Shown here: positions 26,106-38,929 of the stretch, in pieces
Layout of the letters: each line of letters opens with the position of its first letter
Position numbering within the stretch: position 1 is the first letter of the stretch
NCBI GenBank assembly: GCA_051313645.2
Contig: JBNRSN020000016.1
Location: forward strand, 123,256,001-123,320,000
Length of the DNA: 64,000 bases
DNA from: Centroscyllium fabricii
Lineage: Eukaryota
Direction: 5' to 3'
Translations under genes and position numbers: made by a program
The notes under the pieces: generated by a model
What the model was told of the DNA's origin: nothing
Seen by the model: only the letters and a program-made list of their open reading frames with translations
Databases searched by the model: none

Positions 26106-26216
26106 TAAACAGTTGCTTGAAAGAGGAGTATCAATGGATATTGGGAGCGAGGAGAGTGGGATCAGGTTAGGTAGCTCATGGAGAAAAACAGATCAAGTCT
26201 GTGGCCTGTTTCTATA

Positions 26217-26821
26217 CAGGTACACAATCACTTATCCGAAACCCTTGGGGCCAGATGTGTTTCGGATTTCAGACTTTTTTGGATTTCAGAACGGTAGCAG
26301 GTTTATCGAGCGCTATTTGAAAAGAAAGGAACAGGTAGAGCTTTGTCTACAAATATGTTCCCTGTCGATTCTTTCATTAATAGATAGAATCACATTTTCC
26401 AGATTTACCTCCGTGTATTGCTTCCCGTCATCGGAGACCAGCCGAAACTTGCAAGCCGATAATTCCCCAACGTTTAGCATTAAATCTTCAAAGAGATTTC
26501 CAACAAAGGCCCCGTGCTCCAGCTCCTCAGGAATCGAGTAGTGAATCTGTCCCGAAAATCAGGTCCAACACACGGAGCAGGAAAATAAAAGACGCCCCGC
26601 TGCGGATTGTGTTCGCCATTGTTCTGGGCTGGATTTCCTTGTAAATATCTCCCAAACGCAAATATAAAGCTTTGCCACCAAAATGCTAAGTCGATTGTGC
26701 ATCCAAATACTAAAATTGAACAGAGAACTACAACTCAGGTCATGTGACGCTCCACGAAAAACCTTTAGTTTTTCGGAGGCTTTTCAGATTTTGGAATTGC
26801 AGATAAGGGATTATGTACCTG
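26217..26821. mobile_element. Tigger4/Zombi-like non-autonomous Tc1/mariner element with captured gene cargo
   Basis: TA on both sides; TIR CAGGTACACAATCACTTATCCG vs CAGGTACATAATCCCTTATCTG (19/22); GGATTTCAGA subterminal repeats. Confidence 0.88.
26299..26619 (-). pseudogene. Protocadherin 5' fragment (signal peptide + most of EC1), two frameshifts
   Basis: MANTIRSGASFIFLLRVLDLI/SGQIHYSIPEELEHGAFVGNLFEDLMLNVGELSACKFRLVSDDGKQYTEVNLENVILSINERIDREHICRQSSTCSF/FQIALDKP: YSIPEE, VGN, IDRE and C-X5-C motifs of protocadherin EC1. Confidence 0.9.
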
Positions 26822-27372
26822 TACTACAATATTCTATGATTATAGGAATAGCAAATTCAGGAATATTTGCCAACAAAGGGTTGTGAGAATGTGGAACTCA
26901 CTGCTCTAGAGGAAGGTGAAGTGGGGAAAACAAATAATCCAAGTCCAGTAGAGGTGGTCATTGATGCAAAATCAATCGAGATGTTTGAAAGGAAGATAGA
27001 ATACGACTCGTGAAGTAAAAGTATTAAGGGGGTTTGGAAAAAAGGCAGTGAATTGGGACTGGTCAATGCTGCCATGGCTAACAAACTGGTGGAGCAAGCT
27101 TGATGGGCTGATTTGGGAAAGGAGTTGGCCAATGTGGGTTTAGCACCAAGCCTGAACTCATTGATGGAGTGTAAAAGGAGGGTAGGTCCACTTCTCCCAA
27201 ATGAATTAAGCAAATGAAAAAGTAAAAAATCATTACTCAGTGTAGCACACAAATGGTATGAATTAAGATACTCCAACAATATCATTCTTCATTAAAGTTG
27301 TACAGCGATAAGAACTTGCCAAAGACGACAGGAGTCACGCATTCACCATACTGTGTAGCAGCAGTCACTGAC

Positions 27373-27489
27373 CTTTCTTCCCGTGTTATGTCCACCCCAA
27401 TCGAGGGTGGTGTAACCAGGTTGTCTGCTATTAAGGGCCCAAATCTCTGCAGGATCAGCTTCAGGGAAGTACAGCCTGTCTGCACATAG
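27373..27489 (-). CDS. KATNB1: KATNB1 exon, con80 domain
   Basis: AG/GT; [39 protein letters not shown]. Confidence 0.95.
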
Positions 27490-28678
27490 CTACAGGGAGA
27501 GAAAGGTGATCAGAGCTGGTATACATAACAAGCAATGGAGGACAACTCATTTCTCTGCTCTTGGGGCTGCCAAGCTATTTCATCAAAAGGAGAAAAGAAA
27601 CCCCACATGTGAATGTTTATGCTTCTCAAGGGAAGGGATCCCCGTGCTCAGACATGGAACACTTTCATGCACCCAGTGTCAGCATTAAACACTCCCAAGT
27701 CAGCTATAGACATCCTGCAGCTTTCCAGAGCGAGAACTGCCAGTTTAGCGCCAAGTTATGGTAGTTGTGTGTGGTGGAACATGTGGGGTTGAGACTGTCC
27801 AAATTCACTTCACAAGAGGAATTTAAAGGGAAGATTCTCAATTCAAAAAATCACCAGATTGTAACTGTTGGAAATCCCAGAGAAACAATCAGTGCAGTTT
27901 GAATTAGCCCCAAAACAAAGGTGTGGAATTCATTTACTGAAGCAGGGAGCTAGGAGCCAATCGGACTTAAAATACTCAACCCAACAGTGGGATTGAATTT
28001 GCAAATCAGAACTTTCAAAATCGGATGATCTGGTGAAGTTGGTAGGAGGTATAACTGACACGCACTTGTTTGCTCCCCATTTATTTCCAGCTAGGAAGAA
28101 CATGCTAAAATTTGGTTTCTAATTGTCAGTGAAATGCTGCCCAGTTGCTCGACCATGTTGACAGGTGATCTGCTGGCAGGCTGTGGAGAAACTGTCTGGT
28201 TTCTGCACACTCATTTACACTCTTACCACAACAAGAAGCATCAGGCCCCAGTGAGAGGAGCTACAGCATCAGTCAGGGACAGCAGTGTGTCCAATATCAA
28301 CACACACTTTGGCATAAAGTCTCCCCGTATATGTGTTTAGGTGCAATGCATAAATCCTTTCCCGTGCTGAATGGAGGGAAATCAGTGGATAACACCATTT
28401 ATAATCAACAAGTGAAACAGGCTGCACTACTTCAGTTATTGATGTGTTTACCATTAAATGAAAGAATGGTAAACAAGAGTTACAATATGCCAGTAAACTG
28501 CTTCATCAGACTAGCAAATGTGTAGCCCCATTTTATGTTTAAAAAAAATTGAGCAGTGCAGGATGTCTATTAACACAAAAATGAATCACCATTCTGCAGT
28601 GGTGTAATACGGATTTCCCCCATCACAACACTCCAGCCCCCACTTAATACAGGAAAAATGCAGGAAACAACTACTGAC

Positions 28679-28753
28679 CTCTCATACTTGCTCTGCAACA
28701 GTTTGTTAATTTGAGGAATGATCGAAGGACACAGGTCTAGTTTCCACAAGGCC
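28679..28753 (-). CDS. KATNB1: KATNB1 exon
   Basis: AG/GT; ALWKLDLCPSIIPQINKLLQSKYE. Confidence 0.95.
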
Positions 28754-28794
28754 CTGAAATAAAGAAGTACGATCAGTAACATTCGCACCACACA

Positions 28795-29565
28795 AGTGTC
28801 AGGCAATGACTATCTCCAACAAGCGAGAGTTTAACCACTGCCCCTTGACATTTAATGGCATTACCATCGTCGAAAACCCCACCCACCCCATCAACATCCT
28901 GGGGGGGGGGGGGGGGTCACCATTGATCAGAAACATAACTGGACCAGCAACATAAATACTGTGGCCACAAGAGCAGGCCAGAGGCTGGGAATTCTGTGGC
29001 GAATGTCTCACCTCCTGACCCTCCCAAAGCCTTTCCCCCATCTACAAGGCACAAGTCAGGAGTATGATGGAATGCTCTCCACTTGCCTGGATGAGTGCAG
29101 CTCCAACAACACTCAAGAAGCTCAACACCATCCAGGACAAAGCAGCCCACTTGATTGGCACCCCATCCACAACCTTAAACATTCACTCCCTCCACCACCG
29201 GCATACCGTGGCTGCAGTGTGTACCATCTACAAGATGCACTGCAGCAACTTGTCAAGGCTTCTTTGACAGCACCTCCTAAACCGGGTGACCTCTACTACC
29301 TAGAAGGACAAGGGCAGCGAGCACAAGGGAACACCATCACCTCCAAGTTCCCCTCCATCCTGACTTAGAAATATATCGCCGCTTCTTCATCATCACTGTG
29401 TCAAGATCCTGGAACTCCCTCCCTAACAGCACAGTGGGAGTATCTTCACCGCACGGACTGCAGCAGTTCAAGAAGGTGGCTCATCACCACCTTCTCAAGG
29501 GCAATTAGGGATGGGCAATAAATGTTGGCCTTGCCAATGACACCCACAGCCCATGAACGAATAAT
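28795..29565 (+). mobile_element. LINE 3' fragment (same family as 15380-16912)
   Basis: Colinear RT C-terminus and 3' UTR; begins about 40 bp from a KATNB1 acceptor. Confidence 0.9.
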
Positions 29566-29619
29566 AAAGTAGCTGCTGGTGGAAGATTTAACAGATGGAA
29601 CATTGGTACCAATTCATCC

Positions 29620-29622
<3 letters not shown>

Positions 29623-29658
<36 letters not shown>
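29623..29658 (+). repeat. (CA)n microsatellite
   Basis: Direct reading. Confidence 0.95.
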
Positions 29659-29662
<4 letters not shown>

Positions 29663-30883
29663 AACAAAGTGCTAGCAATCTTGAACCTTAGGAGGAATAG
29701 CATCTCCTCCCAAATTCCACCATTTGTATCAATGTTACAAGATCACCCCATCGGTACATTTCTCAAAGATTCTGCCCAGTCCTGAAACGGGCCAGGGAAT
29801 ATTGCAGGACAAGGTACGGGAAGAGAAAGTGTGGCCAATCTTTGGGGCTGCTGTTGGGTCTTGGGTGGTTGTATGAATTGGGAGATAGCAAATGGGCAGC
29901 CCGTTTTGCTATCGCCCAAGACCAATTTCACGTCCTCTCGTTCTCTACTGGACTGGATACATTGATTTTCCTTACTTAAACCTTCCTCACTAAGCTAGCA
30001 GAACTTGTACAAGGCAAGATCATGGCTCCACGGACTGCCTTGCCGTATGGTGAATGGCTTTCTGAACTTTTTGCACAAAGTGGCGTTTGATGCCAGTAGG
30101 TTCTGAAAGTTACTGAAAGAGAAAGGTACGGAATAATTGCTGGAAACACATGTGTGGAGTGGCATCCGCCGAGAATTAAACTTTTCAGCCAATAGAACAA
30201 TTGATTCTGACGAGGAGAACACTAATTAGAAAGCGCCAGTCAGGAAGGCCCTTGTATCATGTTACTCCAGCCTGAATGTCTCCATCTTATTTGCTGCATA
30301 TGGAGCACAAGTGAAGTATCAGTCAGACGAGAGAAAATACTAATCGACAGGGTTGGACGCTGGTGGGTGAATCATGTGAAGTTAGAGGGTGGTTGGATAC
30401 AACTGTAATCAATGAATAATCAATAAGTAAAATGAAGTGGCAATCCATTATTTATGGAATAGGAACAGGAGGTCATTTAGCCCCTCGAGCTTGCTCCACC
30501 ATTCAATTAGATCATGGCTGGCCTGTACCTCAACTCCATTTACCTGCCTTTGCTGCGTATCCCTTGATACCCATACCCAGCAAAGGTCCATCGTTCTCAG
30601 CCTTGAAAGCTCCAATTGTCCCAGCAGGCAGTGTCTTTTGGGAGATAAAACTCCAGATTTGCACTACACTGTGTTAAAAAGTACTTCCCGATTTCATTCC
30701 TGAATGGCCCAACTCCAATTTTATTATCTCACCTCATTCTCAATTCCCTCACCAGAGGAAATACTTTTCTATTGAATAATTTTAACATTTTAAACATAGT
30801 GGTACCACTCAAGATTTGCAGACAGCACTTTTCCCCCCCAAACAACATGGAAGGAGCGGATAGCCTTCTAAGCAGATACGTAC

Positions 30884-30960
30884 GGTTTGAGATTAATAAT
30901 GTTCAGGATGTCCACAATGACCGCCAAGTCATTCATGGTCACTGCCGAGTCTATGGAGGT
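30884..30960 (-). CDS. KATNB1: KATNB1 exon
   Basis: AG/GT; TSIDSAVTMNDLAVIVDILNIINLKP (not in the ORF track). Confidence 0.94.
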
Positions 30961-31604
30961 CTGCAATGAAGAGATCTTGTTAGAACGTGCATTTGAATCC
31001 AGAACGTGCATTTGAATCCAGGTCAGAAGATGTCGTTTTTCCAGAATACACCACTCCAGAGATCATATTGCTGTCAGCACAAGGAGGTTAGGACAAAAGT
31101 GGCCTTGTTTCAGCTGAAGTAGAAAGCAATAAGCCTGCGGCAGTGCAATGGGCATTACGAGCTCTTCTGTCAATTAGAAGTCAGTTTTAACCAGCCAAAT
31201 TTCAGTATTCACCAGGGGTAGAGCTGAATTATAAGATAACCTTTTAAATGACAGGAAACTAAACTGTGCCGCTTTTCAGAGTTTCACACCTTGCTGTGAA
31301 CAATGGAGACCAAGGAATTACGAAAGTACTAGGAATATGATATTAATTGTGCTGGGACAGTGTCTTCCTGAATTTCTGGAAGCAAACAAACCTAACCTTT
31401 CAAGTTATCCACAGGAGTGATACAAATAATGAGGATTCACAGAAAGCCATGATTTTTTCACATGCGGCTCCCTGTGAGGCCTGCAAGTAGCACACACACA
31501 TTGTGCCATCATTCTCATTTGTTATATGTGCCAACTCTCACAATGGGGTATAAATCCAAATCCGTTCTAGAAATCAGAGAGGGAATCTCACACTACACCT
31601 GGTA

Positions 31605-31888
31605 CAGGTTGAGCACCGGTAATCCAGCACCCGATGGTCTGGCACGAATCGAAACCAGCGGTCTTCGGTTTGCGGAGCAGCCGCTCGGCGGCGCCAGTTT
31701 CCCGCGAAGGGTGGGCGAGCGCCGAAGGCGTCGGGCATTTGGGTTTCTGTTTTTTTAGGGCTTGTAAGTGTTCTATCCCCAGGCTCCCTCCAGGGGAGTG
31801 TTCTACCCAAACCTTCAGTGGTTCGGAATTTTCAGTGGTCCAGCACCAGCCTGGTCTCGAGGGTGCCGGGTTAATGGTGCTCAACCTG
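31605..31888. mobile_element. Tigger-like MITE
   Basis: TA|CAGGTTGAGCACC...GGTGCTCAACCTG|TA. Confidence 0.9.
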
Positions 31889-33472
31889 TATTAGTTAATC
31901 CCACTCCCATGGACCAGCATTCTCATCTCTTGCACTTCATCAAAAATACTGCCCAAAGCCCTTTGCGAGTGTCCGTGACTTACTATATTTGCGTAACTCA
32001 TTATGATTGTGTGTGTAAATATTTCTCATTTATTCTGCCTTAAATAACAGTAGCAATTGCCATGAAAAAGCAACTGCACAAGTCTATCACATGCTTTAAT
32101 CACAAAAATAAGTTCACTATTTTACTGCTTCTGTATTTCCCCCCTCCAGTCTCTGCTGAGAGGAATGATATAGGTTTTGTCCAAATCAAATAAACTGCAA
32201 CTCACTGAGGTCAGAAGTCAGCGTTTATAGCACATTAACAGGTAGAGTTGCAAATATCCAAAAAGGAACAGAGTCCAATGAAACAAAAAACCCAGATCAA
32301 ATCAGGTGAAACGTGAAGTAAAGGAAGGTTATGAACACATGCCCAATATACAGATGGCATTTTGGCCCCAGCTGCACAAGTGAGGCCCCAGATAGGGATC
32401 AGTTGACCAATTAGATAACTCAGAAAATCAAACTTTGATCGTTAACCACTGCAACAATAACCACCCCACCAAACTGAGGAAGGGAAGCGGGGAGGGGGGG
32501 GTGGTTTGGCGGAGAGAAAAAAACCGAACTTTTTATTCCTCCAGTTTTTACGCTCATTATTACTCCATAATTTATTAACAAGTGCAGTCAAACCTGCGTT
32601 AGCGGCCACCGCCACAGAACAGCCACCTGCTCAGAGCGGCCACATCGGATTCCACCCCCTCCCGCACAGAATGGCCACCTGTCCAACGCGGCCAGCGGCC
32701 ACCCATTCTGTATCCCTCCAGCACTTTCCCACCGCACACAGCGGTCAGTGATAATCTGCAGAGGTGGCCGTGGACGCGGCCAATCAGCGAACTCTCAGGT
32801 GTGCGTTTTTGTGCGGACTTAGTTCCAACATAAAATAATCGTAATCTTCGCAATTTTACCAATAATAACATCTGGGTTAAAGCAGTCAGGGGGGAAATGG
32901 CTTTTCGCTGGGAAGGAAATCCTTACTGAGAAGTGATAATGATGAGGAGTGGTGCGAGACGGTTCCAGATGATGGTCACTGAGTCTGTAACTCTGTAGTC
33001 TGGGAAATCCTCAGTCGGAGCAGAAATACAGATTCCCTACCCCACTGCACTGGCTAATCCAACCAATGCCAAACGGGGAACGGCGGCAGCAATATCTCCA
33101 ATAACACAGGGCAGGCAAGACCACTCAGAGCTAGAGCAGCAAATGGAAGCAGAGGGCGGGGCGGCCGCAGGCGGTGTTGTCACACGGGATGCACCTGTGC
33201 GGAACTGAATTCAATAATAATGTCCCCTTTGGAAATTATATAACTCTGCCTCTCTATAAGGGCTGTGTTACTTTCACATTCATCACAAATTAGGGCAAGC
33301 AGGCTCGAGATAGGAATTGCAAAATTATTATACTGTACATCAAAAAAAAAAATGGTCACCGTCGACCTGTATAGAAAGGCCACCTGTCTATAAAGGTCAC
33401 TTTTTGCCTTTCCCTTGAGTGGCCTTTCTGTACAGATTTGACTGTAGTTGCGTTCAAAGGCACTGCACTGAC

Positions 33473-33619
33473 CTTGACGTCTCCAGTGGTCCATACAGCT
33501 CTCACAGTGTCTAGATTCTTGAAGCGACTTGTTAATACCACGCACATGGTTTCATGTCCTTTCCGTATTTGGCTCACAGCATCTTCGTCACTCAAATCTG
33601 CCAATTTATTATTCTGAGG
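33473..33619 (-). CDS. KATNB1: KATNB1 exon
   Basis: AG/GT; [49 protein letters not shown]. Confidence 0.95.
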
Positions 33620-34204
33620 CTGGCGAAATACACAGTACAATGCAAAACAAGTTAAATGCAACAACAAAAAAAGCCACTTGGTTTGGCAAACCGTCAAGAA
33701 CCTCTGCTGCAGACTTCCTCATTAATAATTTATAGCAACTGCCGGATAAGAAACTTATCAAGCGTTGAATGGGAAAGAGAAAAACAACTGGGCAATCGCT
33801 CTTAAAATTTTGGCACTGCTTAGTCATGTGATCCTGCTCCCTGAGCTACTACTCAGATTGGTAGCCTCCTTCCCTGCACAATTGTCACTGCATTTCAAAA
33901 ATAATTCTACCGGAGCTGCTGCAAGATGTTTCAATGCGATAAGACACTAAACAAATATGCAGTTTTATATAATTTAAAGCTGATAAACTTTAATACATAT
34001 CTATCAACACAAATACTCAGGAAGATTGGAGCTTCCTGTATGCATAGGATCAAGAATTGGAGAACAAAGAATTACCGGAGGGCCTTTGCCATCATTTGTT
34101 ATTATTTATCTACCAAAGGTTTAAACGCCAACACCATTGATGTGATCTTACCACTGATCCCACATCTATATCCAGAACCAAATTAGCCAACATGCACACA
34201 CTGC

Positions 34205-35207
34205 CTTTAGTGTGCAGATATAGACAGGAAGGGAGCACGCGGCCTTAGTGTAGATATAGACAAGAAGGGAGCACGCGGCCTTAGTGTAGATATAGACAGG
34301 AAGGGAGCACGCGGCCTTAGTGTAGATATAAACAGGAAGGGAGCACGCGGCCTTAGTGTAGATATAGACAGGAAGGGAGCACGCGGCCTTAGTGTAGATA
34401 TAGACAGGAAGGGAGCACGCGGCCTTAGTGTAGATATAGACAGGAAGGGAGCACGCGGCCTTAGTGTAGATATAAACAGGAAGGGAGCACGCGGCCTTTA
34501 GTGTAGATATAAACAGGAAGGGAGCACGCGGCCTTCAGTGTACAGGTATAGACAGGAAGGGAGCACGCGGCCTTTAGTGTAGATATAAACAGGAAGGGAG
34601 CACGCGGCCTTTAGTGTACAGATATAAACAGGAAGGGAGCACGCGGCCTTTAGTATACAGGTATAGACAGGAAGGGAGCACGCGGCCTTTAGTACACAGG
34701 TATAGACAGGAAGGGAGCACGCAGCCGTAGTGTGCAGATATAGACAGGAAGGGAGCACGCGGCCTTTAGTGTAGATATAAACAGGAAGGGAGCACGCGGC
34801 CTTTAGTGTAGATATAAACAGGAAGGGAGCACGCGGCCTTTAGTGTAGATATAAACAGGAAGGGAGCACGCGGCCTTTAGTGTAGATATAAACAGGAAGG
34901 GAGCACGCGGCCTTTAGTGTAGATATAAACAGGAAGGGAGCACGCGGCCTTTAGTGTAGATATAAACAGGAAGGGAGCACGCGGCCTTCAGTGTACAGGT
35001 ATAGACAGGAAGGGAGCACGCGGCCTTTAGTGTAGATATAAACAGGAAGGGAGCACGCGGCCTTTAGTGTACAGATATAAACAGGAAGGGAGCACGCGGC
35101 CTTTACTGTAGATATAAACAGGAAGGGAGCACGCGGCCTTTAGTATACAGGTATAGACAGGAAGGGAGCACGCGGCCTTTAGTATACAGGTATAGACAGG
35201 AAGGGAG
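34205..35207 (+). repeat. 36-39-bp minisatellite, about 27 copies
   Basis: Unit agtgtagatata(g/a)acaggaagggagcacgcggcctt(t). Confidence 0.97.
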
Positions 35208-35485
35208 GGCAGTGCCAGCTGAGCGGAGTTCTGTCCTCACTGACCTCCACAAAAGGTGCCCTTGCCAGCAAGCATTATTGGCATTGATTGGCAGCAGAAA
35301 CTCTGGTTTATTTTCCACCCCTACTACCAAACAGAAAGCAAAAGCTTGTGTAGAACAAAAGTATAAACAATGAGAATTCAAGTGCCCCATCGCTTCAGAG
35401 TCCACTGCTGTGGAGAAAATACAACTGCAGAAAAAAATTACATTAAATTACCCAAAGGGTAAATAAAACACTAAACACCACTTAC

Positions 35486-35605
35486 TGGGAGAAAGTCTGC
35501 TACCTTCAACCCAATGGGCTCATTTTTAGCGATGGGGATTATCGGTGCTTCGTGCCGGTTGATGGGCGTGGAAGATGCTGCTGGAGGAAAGGTCAGCTGA
35601 TCCGG
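35486..35605 (-). CDS. KATNB1: KATNB1 exon, proline-rich linker
   Basis: AG/GT; PDQLTFPPAASSTPINRHEAPIIPIAKNEPIGLKVADFLP. Confidence 0.92.
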
Positions 35606-35759
35606 CTGAAAGAGAACAGAGTTTCAACAGTTTCAACTGGGAAGGCTGCAAACCTTCAAACCGTAGCCGTTTCAGCCCAACCATAGCTACAAGTATGCAG
35701 CCAATGAAATAATGGTAAAGAAATCAAAATATCCAAAGAAAATTAAAAGACCCTAGGAA

Positions 35760-36455
35760 AGACAGAGGATCAGAGGGACCTGGTGTGCATGTACATAGAT
35801 CCCTGAAGGCAGGTGGACAAGGTGGTTAAAAAGGCATATGGGACACTTGCCTTTATTAGCCGAGGCATAGAATATAAGAGCAGGGAGGTTATTATGGAGC
35901 TGTACAAAACGCTGGTAAGGCCACAGCTGGAGTACTGTGTGCAGTTCTGGTCGCCGCACTATAGGAAGGATGTGATCGCTTTGGAGAGGGTGCAGAGGAG
36001 ATTCACCAGGATGTTACCTGGGCTGGAGCGCATCAGCTATGAAGAGAGACTGGACAGGCTGGGGTTGGTTTCCTTAGAGCAGAAAAGGCGGAGGGGGGAC
36101 CTGATTGAGGTATACAAAATTATGAGGTACATAGATAGGGTAGATAGAAAGGAACTTTTTCCCTTAGTAGAGGGGTCAATAACAAGGGGACATAGTTTCA
36201 AGGTAAGGGGCAGGAGGTTTAGAGGGGATTGGAAGAACCACCTTTTCACCCAGAGGGTGGTTGGAATCTGGAACTCACTGCCTGAAATGGTGGTAGAGGC
36301 AGGAACCCTCAACATTCAAGAAGCATTTAGATGAGCACTTGAAATGCCATAGCATGCAAGGCTACGGACTAAGTGCTGGAAAATGGGATTAGAATAGAAA
36401 GCGCTTGATGGCTGGCGTGGACACGATGGGCCTCTTTCTGTGCTGTATAACTGAC
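35760..36455 (+). mobile_element. CR1 LINE 3' fragment
   Basis: ORF 35813-36334 with RPQLEYCVQFWSP...FTQRVVGIWNSLP. Confidence 0.92.
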
Positions 36456-38652
36456 TCCAATAGCAAGCTGTGCCAATCAACCAATATTATCTTATTGTTG
36501 AGTTTGCTGGTGGGCGAAAGAACTCCTGAGACGAGTAACAGCAAACAACCTTCTTTATTCATTCACCTTAGAGTGTGCGCTTTCGCGCCCTTGCGCTCGA
36601 ATAAGTAGCCCCCGTGATGTCATTACGCATGAGCCCGATGACGTCGGCGCGTCTGCGCGATGCGCGGGGCGTCTTTGCGTCGGCACTGGCCTCGGGAGAG
36701 TAGCGCGCCTCGGGGCCGGTGCCTTCAGGGTCCATGAGTCCGGCCGATTCGCCGGTATGTCCGTGGCGATCCGCCACATTATCACAATAATCCAGTCAGC
36801 AATTTTTAACTCCATGAAATGCAAAAGTCCCCAGAGCTAAAAACAAAATTCATAATTTCTGACAAATAATGAACCACCACTAGTGGTAATATTACTAAAA
36901 CAACTTGTTATATCCCACCTTTAAAGTAGAAGAAATGCCCCAAAGCATTTCACAGAGGCATAATTTTTTTTAAATTGACAGAAATAAAGATGATATTAGG
37001 AAGGGTGACTAAAAGCTTAGACAGAGAGCTTAATATGTTATTCTCACAATAATTACAGCAAAGTACGCTTGTAATGCACAAGATACAATCAGACATGGGA
37101 ATCAAAGCAACATTTTTTGGGCTTTGCTTCTCACTATTTCCTTGATATCTGTTTTGTCGGCAGTTGTACATGAACATGAACATGATCAGACAAAATGGGT
37201 GTGTGTTGACTGGTACCATGTACTTGCACTATGCTGAACAGTGGGAAAAAAAGAGATGTGCATACATCATTAAAACTGATATCAGAAATCGGACGAAGGA
37301 CAGCCATATGGATGTCGAGCATTGTTACAAAGTACGGCCCTGAAAATTCAAATATTCTTTCTTTTAGAATTGGTTTCAATCATCTTAATGCAGTTCAATC
37401 ATTTCCAACTAAGATGTTACTGCATCTGTAACTGAAGGGACCTTTATGCAGTCAGTGGTTTGCCCAGAAATGTAATGCAAAGTCTTTTCAACTCCAAATC
37501 TTTAAGCTGTTGAACTTGAAGACCCAGATGAAGGGTTGTGTAATGTTAGTAGCTCTGTGGGTCTTTTGCAGCATCACCATTTTCACAGACCTCAATCATG
37601 AATGGGAAATGTGTCAGTTCACCCCTCTGCCACCGAGTCTGAAAGAGCTTCACTTTCTTTGTAACAAACACATGTTGCCAAGTCCAGATAACAACTTTAT
37701 CTTTCCTCGCAATGCCACATTTAATTTGTCCAGCTACAGCAATGCGTCTGATAGAAAGACCAAATCCAAAACCCACTGCGCGTCCGTCAATTCAGGCTAG
37801 TTTGCCCTCTTCTATCATGAATACTTTCAGAGGAACGAGCAATTAGAAAAATAACAAGCAATCACTTTTCTTTCAGAAGCCAGTGGATTGCACAGTGCAG
37901 GACCAGGTCTGAAGGGAGATTTTTATTGACTTCCTCAATCTGATTTTTTAATTGCCTGTGATTGAGTGCATGAGTTTCAACGTAGCTCAGTTTCCAAAAC
38001 AATCTTCGCAATGTGCTTCAAATCGAGGTGCTTGGACACCAGCTGCTCCCGATGAATGATGCAATGCCCAAAATTTGGGAAAGCTGTAATCGGTTTTACA
38101 AAGTTCCACTGACCCACTTACTGATCCTAATGTTGCTGGCACCTCACCTGCAGCAATGGTAGCAAGTTTCCGTGATAATATCTCAGCTTTTCAAATAAGA
38201 GACATCAGGAACTCTTAGATATCCACAACCTACGTACAATCTTTGGCGACACAACATCAAGCAGTTCTCCCTTCACAGTACAGCTAGACAGAATATGAAT
38301 AAACACCGCTAGCAGAGGCTTGCCCTGAACATTACAAGATTCACCCTAAGTGGGACTTAATATGCTACTTCTGGATGCCTGATATGCCATTCAATCGCAC
38401 TACTTAGATCCGATACACCATCTGTGAGACACAAAATTCTCGAGGAAGTAATATCGGCAGTTGTTGGCACCTGTGCAATTGCACTCCTGTAAGACTCTGT
38501 TCCCCAGGGCTCTAAGAAAAAATGATATATTGCTGGGATCATACATTTTGCACAAGTACCAACCTCTGGAACCATGAAAAGACTAGTCTGGTAGAACTGG
38601 TTTTCAAGATATGATTAATGATAAAAGGTCTTTCACAGATTGCATTACTAAC

Positions 38653-38729
38653 CTGCAATCTTTTCACTACAGGAGAATGCATCTCTGTTGGAGGAGTCAC
38701 TTTCTCAGCTTCCTTCGCCGAAATGGTAT
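38653..38729 (-). CDS. KATNB1: KATNB1 exon, linker
   Basis: AG/GT, phases 1 and 0 fit the neighbours; DTISAKEAEKVTPPTEMHSPVVKRLQ. Confidence 0.85.
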
Positions 38730-38929
38730 CTGCGCAAATTCCATTGTATAACATTAACACAACATACACAAAGCCCAGCACTAAACAGACAAGCATTAAA
38801 CACAGAGTCCACTGGGCACAAATAAAATTACTCCATGCATCTGTATGCAGGATATTCAGAGAAGCACAACTTAACATTTGCTGTTGTTTGGTTATTTAGC
38901 ATCTGCCCAGAGTGAGAAGGTGGGGAAGT

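Noticed and set aside
26113-26541. 142-aa + strand ORF
   Set aside because: Antisense shadow of the protocadherin fragment plus MITE arm; no recognisable motif
30982-31021. 19-bp tandem duplication near a KATNB1 acceptor (similar 37-bp duplication at about 53826-53900)
   Set aside because: Ordinary slippage duplications with no evident consequence
34205-35207. CRISPR-like array of about 36-bp repeats
   Set aside because: Head-to-tail repeats with no unique spacers, no cas genes, vertebrate intron
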